From the IMG/VR virus record IMGVR_UViG_2529293040_000017: a stretch of 7,705 bases of DNA; one strand, 5' to 3'. The stretch is from a virus. Taxonomy: Duplodnaviria; Heunggongvirae; Uroviricota; Caudoviricetes. Position numbers and translations under genes: made by a program. The notes beneath the pieces were generated by a model. That model was given only the letters and a program-made list of their open reading frames with translations, ran no database searches and had not been told where the DNA came from. Shown here piece by piece: positions 1-7,705 of this stretch (position 1 is the first letter of the stretch; every line of letters begins with the position of its first letter).

Positions 1-2
1 AG

Positions 3-440
3 CTGGGTGAGGGAACGGTCATCCACATTGTGCCGCGACTGGCCGGGGCCGGAAAGGGTGGACTGCAGATTGTGTTGGGGGCGGCAGCCATCGTGGGCTC
101 TTTCTTCACTGCCGGGGCATCAATGGCGTTATGGGGTTCAGCCCTGGCAGCCGGTGGTTTTTCTGCCACCACGATGCTGTTTTCTCTGGGGGCCAGCATG
201 ATTCTGGGTGGTGTGGCTCAGATGCTGGCCCCGAAGGCTAAAGTACCGGAGTACAAAAGCACGGATAACGGCAGACAGAACACGTATTTTTCGTCACTGG
301 ACAACATGATTGCCCAGGGTAACCCGATGCCGGTGCCTTACGGGGAAATGCTGGTTGGCTCCCGCCGTATATCCCAGGACATCAGTACCCGTGATGAAGG
401 CGGGGGCGGAAAGGTCGTGGTTATCGGGCGGCAGGCATAA
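3..440 (+). CDS. Tail assembly protein I (lambda gpI-like), 5'-partial; only the C-terminal part is in the window
   Basis: Reading frame is open from the window edge to TAA at 438-440. The translation (GKGGLQIVLGAAAIVGSFFTAGASMA...MLAPKAKVPEYKSTDNGRQNTYFSSLDNM...GGGGKVVVIGR) matches the C-terminal region of lambda gpI as I recall it, and it sits immediately upstream of a J homolog as in lambda. Confidence 0.8.
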   Translation: MGEGTVIHIVPRLAGAGKGGLQIVLGAAAIVGSFFTAGASMALWGSALAAGGFSATTMLFSLGASMILGGVAQMLAPKAKVPEYKSTDNGRQNTYFSSLDNMIAQGNPMPVPYGEMLVGSRRISQDISTRDEGGGGKVVVIGRQA

Positions 441-445
441 AAGCG

Positions 446-483
446 AAAAAATCCCGCAGTGCTCACGGACAGGAACTGCGGGA
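446..483 (-). terminator. Putative intrinsic terminator on the minus strand (hairpin plus T-tract)
   Basis: Inverted repeat TCCCGCAGT (452-460) / ACTGCGGGA (475-483). On the minus strand the hairpin is followed by TTTTTT (complement of the A6 run at 446-451). The 14-nt loop is larger than typical. Confidence 0.4.
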
Positions 484-590
484 GCGTTACGAAGATTGAG
501 TGTAAGGAATTATTCTTATGTCACGACAAAAACATTAACTCAGAGAGGGAGGATGTGCCGTTCTTTTCAGGGAGAAAGGATTTATCGTCC

Positions 591-624
591 TGAGGAATAA
601 AGGTAAGGGGCCCGCCCCTTACCT
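591..624 (-). terminator. Putative intrinsic terminator for sodC (GC-rich palindrome)
   Basis: Perfect 10-bp stem AGGTAAGGGG (601-610) / CCCCTTACCT (615-624) with a 4-nt loop, 7 nt beyond the sodC stop. On the minus strand it is followed by TTATTCCTCA. Confidence 0.55.
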
Positions 625-630
625 GACTGA

Positions 631-1158
631 TTATTGAATGATGCCGCAGGCCATTCTCGCACCACCACCGCCCAGGGGCTCCGGATGGTCATGATGGTTA
701 TCACCGCCAGCATGAAGCATGAGAGAACGCCCTTTAATCTCTTTTAATGAGTTCAGTCTCGGGGCCAGGACCGGGTAGTTCGCTTTTCCGTCATGCGTCA
801 CGAACAGCGCAGGGAGGTCGCCCAGGTGTCCATCCGGAGACCAGGGGCCAAGATGTTTGCCGGTGTTTTTCGGGTCAAAGTGACCGCCAGCCGATAATGC
901 TGCGACCGGTTTTCCGTCTTTCAGTGCCGGGGCGCAATTTCCTTTTTCGTGCACATGAAAACCATGAATGCCTTCAGACAGAGAGTGAAGGGCTGGTGTG
1001 AACAGCAGACCGTAGGGGGTCTCCTGAATGGTTATTTTTCCAATGCTGACTTCTTTTCCGTCAGCACTGACAAGGTTCATTGGGACTTCCTGTTCTGCTG
1101 CGTATCCGCATGATGCTGCTGTCAGCATGGCAATGGCAGCAATGATTTTACATTTCAT
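631..1158 (-). CDS. sodC: Periplasmic Cu/Zn superoxide dismutase (SodC family), prophage-encoded cargo gene, 175 aa
   Basis: This is the C-terminal 175 codons of the 631..1665 minus-strand ORF, starting at ATG (complement of 1156-1158) with a GAGGG Shine-Dalgarno 4 nt upstream. It has an N-terminal signal peptide ([22 protein letters not shown]) and the SodC hallmarks [53 protein letters not shown]. The upstream 169 codons of that ORF are only an open antisense frame over the J start. Confidence 0.9.
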   Translation of the reverse strand: MKCKIIAAIAMLTAASCGYAAEQEVPMNLVSADGKEVSIGKITIQETPYGLLFTPALHSLSEGIHGFHVHEKGNCAPALKDGKPVAALSAGGHFDPKNTGKHLGPWSPDGHLGDLPALFVTHDGKANYPVLAPRLNSLKEIKGRSLMLHAGGDNHHDHPEPLGGGGARMACGIIQ

Positions 1159-1291
1159 AAAACCCTCATTAATTCCGTTAACAGACTGAGCTTGCTGGTT
1201 ACAGGGTAACAAACAGCGTTCTGATGATATCGCGCAATAGCTGTGCAATATCCTATCACTGCGATTAATAATACCAATTGAGAGGAACATT
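1159..1291 (-). promoter_or_regulatory. sodC upstream control region (promoter not resolved); also carries the J ribosome-binding site on the plus strand
   Basis: 133-bp non-coding gap between the divergent sodC and J starts. sodC faces away from the tail operon, so it needs its own promoter here. I could not find a convincing sigma70 -35/-10 pair with proper spacing. A small inverted repeat GTTAC-AGG-GTAAC lies at 1198-1210. Confidence 0.3.
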
Positions 1292-4200
1292 ATGGGCAAA
1301 GGTGGCGGCAGGGCGCACACGCCTCGAGAGGCGAAGGATAATCTCAAATCCACGCAGATGATGAGTGTGATTGATGCGATTGGTGAGGGACCGATAGAAG
1401 GCCCGGTGAAGGGGCTGCAGAGTATCCTGGTGAACAAAACCCCGCTGACGGACACGGACGGCAATCCTGTGATACACGGTGTGACCGCGGTCTGGCGCGC
1501 CGGGGAGCAGGAGCAGACACCACCGGAAGGCTTTGAGTCCTCCGGAGCTGAAACCGGACTGGGCGTGGAAGTGACGAAGGCAAAGCCGGTAACGCGCACC
1601 ATTACATCCGCGAACATTGACCGCCTGCGGGTCACCTTCGGGGTGCAGTCACTGTTGGAGACCACCTCAAAGGGCGACCGTAATCCCTCTTCTGTCCGAC
1701 TGCTGATTCAGTTGCAGCGTAACGGTAACTGGGTGACGGAAAAGGATGTCACCATTAACGGCAAGACCACCTCACAGTACCTGGCGTCGGTGATTCTGGA
1801 GAATCTGCCTGAGCGGCCCTTTAACATCCGGATGGTCCGGGAGACAGCGGACAGCACCTCGGACCAGCTGCAGAATAAGACGCTCTGGTCGTCATACACC
1901 GAAATCATCGATGTGAAACAGTGCTACCCGAACACGGCGATTGTGGGGCTGCAGGTGGATGCGGAGCAGTTTGGCGGTCAGCAGATGACGGTGAACTACC
2001 ATATCCGAGGTCGCATCATCCAGGTGCCGTCAAACTATGACCCGGAAAAACGCACGTACAGCGGCATCTGGGACGGCAGCCTGAAACCGGCATACAGCAA
2101 CAACCCGGCCTGGTGCCTGTGGGACATGCTGACTCACCCGCGCTACGGCATGGGAAAACGTCTGGGGGCGGCAGACGTGGACAAATGGGCGCTGTATGCC
2201 ATCGGGCAGTACTGCGACCAGACGGTCCCGGATGGTTTCGGGGGCACAGAGCCGCGGATGACCTTTAATGCGTACCTGTCACAACAGCGTAAGGCATGGG
2301 ATGTGCTCAGTGATTTCTGCTCGGCGATGCGCTGTATGCCGGTATGGAACGGCCAGACGCTGACGTTCGTTCAGGACCGCCCGTCGGATGTGGTGTGGCC
2401 GTACACCAACTGCGATGTGGTGGTGGATGATAACGGCGTGGGGTTTCGCTACAGCTTCAGCGCCCTGAAGGACCGCCACACGGCGGTGGAGGTGAATTAC
2501 ACCGACCCGCAGAACGGCTGGCAGACCTCCACGGAACTGGTGGAAGACCCGGAAGCCATACTGCGCTACGGGCGCAACCTGCTGAAGATGGATGCGTTCG
2601 GTTGCACCAGTCGCGGTCAGGCCCACCGTGCCGGGCTGTGGGTGATAAAGACCGGACTGCTGGAAACGCAGACGGTGGATTTCACGCTCGGGTCACAGGG
2701 GCTGCGTCACACACCCGGTGACATTATTGAAATCTGTGATAACGACTATGCCGGGACCATGACCGGCGGACGTATCCTGTCCATCGATGCCGCCAGCCGC
2801 ACCCTGACACTGGACCGTGAGGTGACCCTGCCGGAGACAGGTGCCGCCACGGTGAACCTGATTAACGGCAGCGGTAAGCCGGTGAGCGTGGCCATCACTG
2901 CACACCCCGCGCCGGACCGGATACAGGTCAGCACCCTGCCTGATGGTGTGGAGACATACGGGGTGTGGGGACTCTCCCTGCCGTCACTGCGTCGTCGCCT
3001 GTTCCGCTGTGTCTCCATCCGGGAAAACACGGACGGCACCTTTGCCATCACGGCGGTGCAGCACGTACCGGAAAAAGAAGCCATTGTGGATAACGGTGCC
3101 AGCTTTGAGCCGCAGTCAGGTTCCCTGAACAGCGTCATCCCACCGGCAGTGCAGCACCTGACGGTGGAGGTGAGCGCAGCTGACGGCCAGTATCTGGCGC
3201 AGGCGAAATGGGACACGCCGCGGGTGGTGAAGGGTGTGCGCTTCAGTCTGCGCCTGACCAGTGGTAAGGGAACGGATGCCAGACTGGTGACCACCGCCAT
3301 CACCGCAGACACGGAGCACCGTTTCAGCGGCCTGCCGCTCGGGGAATACACCCTGACGGTGCGGGCGATAAACAGTTATGGCCAGCAGGGCGAACCGGCC
3401 ACCACTACCTTCCGGATTAACGCGCCAGCAAAACCCGCCACCATTGAACTGACGCCGGGGTATTTTCAGATAACGGCGGTCCCGCGTCTTGCGGTGTATG
3501 ACCCGACGGTACAGTTTGAGTTCTGGTTTTCGGAGGCAAAAATCGCAGACACATCTCAGGTGGAAACCTCTGCCCGTTATCTGGGGACCGGCAGTCAGTG
3601 GAGTGTATCCGGCCCGCACATTAAGCCCGGGAAGGATTTCTGGTTTTACGTGCGCAGCGTCAACCTGGTGGGGAAATCTGCGTTTGTGGAAGTCAGCGGG
3701 CAGCCCAGCAATGATGGTGAAGGGTATCTGGAATTTTTCCGGGAAAAAATAGGAAAACTGCATCTGGCTCAGGGGCTATGGGAGCTGATAGACAACAGCC
3801 AGCTTGCGGATGAGATGGCGGAGATGAAGACCACCATCACCGAAACCCGCAATGAAATCACACAGACGGTCAGTAAAACGCTGGAAGACCAGAGCGCCAC
3901 CATTCAGCAGATACAGCGCGTGCAGAAGGACACAAATGATGACCTGGCTGCGCTGTACATGCTGAAGGTTCAAAAAACGAAAGACGGCATTCCCTATGTG
4001 GCCGGGATTGGTGCAGGGATTGAGGATACTGATGGCCAGCCACTGAGCAACATACTGCTGCTGGCTGACCGTATCGCGATGATAAATCCGGAGAGCGGCA
4101 ACAGCACTCCGTTATTTGTGGCGCAGGGGAATCAGCTGTTCATGAACGACGTGTTCCTGAAGCGTCTGTTTGCGGCGAGTATCACGTCATCCGGCAACCC

Positions 4201-4768
4201 CCCGACGTTTTCCCTGACGCCGGAAGGGAAGCTGACAGCTAGGAACGCGGATATCAGCGGAGCAATTACCGCGAATACCGGCACGCTCAATAATGTCACC
4301 ATTAACGAGAACTGTGTCATCAGAGGGAAACTGTCTGCAAACCAGATTGAAGGCGACCTGGTGAAGACGGTGGGGAAAGCCTTTCCCCGGAATAACAGTT
4401 ATGCCAGCGGGACGGTAACCGTCACAGTTTACGATGACCAGGGCTTCGACCGGCAGATTATCATTCCCCCGGTGCTGTTTCGCGGGACGAAACACCAGAA
4501 TTTCAACAGCCCGAATCAGCAGTCGTACTGGTATTCCACCTGTAAGCTGCAGGTGCTGAAGAACGGGGTTGAGATTTTCCATGAACCGGCAACGGATGTC
4601 AGCCGGGTGTTCTCATCGGTGATAGATATGCCGGCAGGGCGGGGTCATGTCACCCTGACGTTTAATGTGTCGTCGGCCGGTGCGAACAACTGGACGCCGA
4701 CAACGTACATCAGTGATTTACTGGTTGTGGTCATGAAAAAATCCACGGCAGGGATCAGTATCAGCTGA
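1292..4768 (+). CDS. J: Host specificity protein J / central tail fibre (tip attachment protein), lambda gpJ-like, 1158 aa
   Basis: ATG at 1292 with AGAGGA Shine-Dalgarno 5 nt upstream; stop TGA at 4766-4768. The translation aligns along its length with lambda J as recalled ([18 protein letters not shown].., [84 protein letters not shown]-terminal [10 protein letters not shown]). Confidence 0.95.
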   Translation: MGKGGGRAHTPREAKDNLKSTQMMSVIDAIGEGPIEGPVKGLQSILVNKTPLTDTDGNPVIHGVTAVWRAGEQEQTPPEGFESSGAETGLGVEVTKAKPVTRTITSANIDRLRVTFGVQSLLETTSKGDRNPSSVRLLIQLQRNGNWVTEKDVTINGKTTSQYLASVILENLPERPFNIRMVRETADSTSDQLQNKTLWSSYTEIIDVKQCYPNTAIVGLQVDAEQFGGQQMTVNYHIRGRIIQVPSNYDPEKRTYSGIWDGSLKPAYSNNPAWCLWDMLTHPRYGMGKRLGAADVDKWALYAIGQYCDQTVPDGFGGTEPRMTFNAYLSQQRKAWDVLSDFCSAMRCMPVWNGQTLTFVQDRPSDVVWPYTNCDVVVDDNGVGFRYSFSALKDRHTAVEVNYTDPQNGWQTSTELVEDPEAILRYGRNLLKMDAFGCTSRGQAHRAGLWVIKTGLLETQTVDFTLGSQGLRHTPGDIIEICDNDYAGTMTGGRILSIDAASRTLTLDREVTLPETGAATVNLINGSGKPVSVAITAHPAPDRIQVSTLPDGVETYGVWGLSLPSLRRRLFRCVSIRENTDGTFAITAVQHVPEKEAIVDNGASFEPQSGSLNSVIPPAVQHLTVEVSAADGQYLAQAKWDTPRVVKGVRFSLRLTSGKGTDARLVTTAITADTEHRFSGLPLGEYTLTVRAINSYGQQGEPATTTFRINAPAKPATIELTPGYFQITAVPRLAVYDPTVQFEFWFSEAKIADTSQVETSARYLGTGSQWSVSGPHIKPGKDFWFYVRSVNLVGKSAFVEVSGQPSNDGEGYLEFFREKIGKLHLAQGLWELIDNSQLADEMAEMKTTITETRNEITQTVSKTLEDQSATIQQIQRVQKDTNDDLAALYMLKVQKTKDGIPYVAGIGAGIEDTDGQPLSNILLLADRIAMINPESGNSTPLFVAQGNQLFMNDVFLKRLFAASITSSGNPPTFSLTPEGKLTARNADISGAITANTGTLNNVTINENCVIRGKLSANQIEGDLVKTVGKAFPRNNSYASGTVTVTVYDDQGFDRQIIIPPVLFRGTKHQNFNSPNQQSYWYSTCKLQVLKNGVEIFHEPATDVSRVFSSVIDMPAGRGHVTLTFNVSSAGANNWTPTTYISDLLVVVMKKSTAGISIS

Positions 4769-4787
4769 CGGTTTATTAACCCGGACG

Positions 4788-4814
4788 GGCACCTCAGGAG
4801 GTGCCTTTTTTATT
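4788..4814 (+). terminator. Intrinsic terminator downstream of J (tJ-like)
   Basis: Stem GGCACCT (4788-4794) / AGGTGCC (4799-4805), loop CAGG (4795-4798), followed by TTTTTTATT (4806-4814), 20 nt after the J stop. Confidence 0.75.
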
Positions 4815-4836
4815 GACTGAAAACAAAGAGGTAATC

Positions 4837-5460
4837 ATGCGGCATTTATACGCAACGATATTATTGTTTACTACCCTGCTGGCAGGAATTGCCTTTCCTG
4901 CACAGGCTGAAAACGGACACGGTGCATTTTCCGTGGGATATGCTCAGGTTCACCCGGGCGGCGTACCGGCATTGTCCGGTACCGGTGCGCGTGCAGGTGA
5001 TTTAAAAGGGATTAATGTGAAATACCGTTATGAGTTCACGGATCACCTGGGCGGCATTGTCGCGCTGAGTTATGCATCGGTGAAGAAAAGTGACACGATG
5101 AAGACGGGTGAAAATACCTTCCATTATGAAAGCCTGCGCGGTCGTTATGTCAGTCTGATGGCCGGCCCTGTCTGGCAGCTCAGTGAGCGGGTCAGTCTCT
5201 ATGGCATGGCCGGGATGGCGTACACCCGCTGGTCTGACAGTGTTCAGGATTACCGGCGTGATGAAGTGAAACCGGGGTATGTGAAGGAGACCACCACCGC
5301 CAGTGATGGTCATACTGCGCGTCATCTGTCGCCGGCCTGGAATGCCGGGATTCAGTTCAGTCCCGTAGAGACGGTGGTTATTGACCTTGCTTATGAAGGT
5401 TCCGGCAGTGGCGACTGGCGCACTGACGGTTTCATCGTGGGTGTCGGCTATAAATTCTGA
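4837..5460 (+). CDS. lom: Lom/Ail/PagC-family outer-membrane beta-barrel protein (lambda Lom-like), 207 aa
   Basis: ATG at 4837 preceded by AAAGAGG (4823-4830); stop TGA at 5458-5460. Signal peptide MRHLYATILLFTTLLAGIAFPAQA. Near-identical motifs to lambda Lom as recalled: HYESLRGRYVS, AGIQ, AYEGSGSGDWRTDGFIVGVGYKF (C-terminal aromatic residue). The ORF-track start at 4801 is a GTG inside the terminator stem and is not used. Confidence 0.9.
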   Translation: MRHLYATILLFTTLLAGIAFPAQAENGHGAFSVGYAQVHPGGVPALSGTGARAGDLKGINVKYRYEFTDHLGGIVALSYASVKKSDTMKTGENTFHYESLRGRYVSLMAGPVWQLSERVSLYGMAGMAYTRWSDSVQDYRRDEVKPGYVKETTTASDGHTARHLSPAWNAGIQFSPVETVVIDLAYEGSGSGDWRTDGFIVGVGYKF

Positions 5461-5482
5461 TTAGTCAGGTAACACAGTGTTA

Positions 5483-7705
<2,223 letters not shown>

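Noticed and set aside
7-600. Alternative-frame plus-strand ORFs 7..201 and 310..600 overlapping gene I
   Set aside because: They overlap the gpI frame, which has clear homology, and have a low-complexity composition typical of off-frame translation.
747-1001. Plus-strand ORF antisense to sodC
   Set aside because: Antisense to a confidently identified sodC; no start context or domain features.
1211-1230. PhoP-box-like sequence upstream of sodC (TGTTTG-N5-CTGTAA on the minus strand)
   Set aside because: Only one half-site approaches the consensus; too weak to call without a motif scan or experimental data.
1265-1583. Minus-strand ORFs 1265..1477 and 1344..1583 antisense to the J 5' end
   Set aside because: Shadow ORFs of J; Arg/Pro-rich, no features.
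1159-1665. N-terminal 169 codons of the 344-aa minus-strand ORF (631..1665)
   Set aside because: Only the C-terminal 175 codons are SodC, with their own ATG, Shine-Dalgarno and signal peptide. The upstream part is an open antisense frame across the J start and the intergenic region, with no recognisable protein features.
1708-1908. Minus-strand ORF 1708..1908 inside J
   Set aside because: Another shadow ORF of J.
2279-4582. Minus-strand ORFs inside J (2279..2626, 2693..2905, 2746..3351, 3116..3763, 3776..3973, 4132..4320, 4187..4582) and plus-strand 2943..3128, 3489..3752
   Set aside because: They lie entirely inside a well-supported, conserved J coding sequence. Their translations are Arg/Pro/Gly-rich with no recognisable domains, as expected for shadow ORFs in a GC-rich gene.
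4801-4836. ORF-track start of lom at GTG 4801
   Set aside because: This GTG lies inside the terminator stem and T-tract. The ATG at 4837 has a proper Shine-Dalgarno and begins a canonical signal peptide matching Lom.
5002-5325. Minus-strand ORF antisense to lom
   Set aside because: Antisense to a confidently identified lom; no supporting features.

Overview
This window is the distal tail module of a lambda-like (lambdoid) prophage from an enterobacterial host, ending at an insertion-sequence junction. I did not find a convincing novel system (defence, toxin-antitoxin, CRISPR or RNA gene) by reading alone; the accessory content is virulence-type cargo plus IS scarring. In order: the 3' end of tail assembly gene I (to 440); a Cu/Zn superoxide dismutase gene (sodC, 631-1158, minus strand) inserted between I and J with its own terminators; a full-length host-specificity/central tail fibre gene J (1292-4768); a hairpin terminator; a Lom/Ail-family outer-membrane protein gene (4837-5460); then, 23 bp after lom, an IS21-family element that I recognise as IS100 (about 5484-7439, istA and istB intact). 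The right end of IS100 abuts a 5'-truncated IS3-family orfA that runs off the window. The points most worth a second look are the IS100 junction (no target-site duplication, side tail fibre genes apparently missing, possible chimeric start for the truncated orfA), the sodC insertion inside the tail operon, and a mosaic segment in J. All protein identifications rest on recalled family sequences, not on a search.
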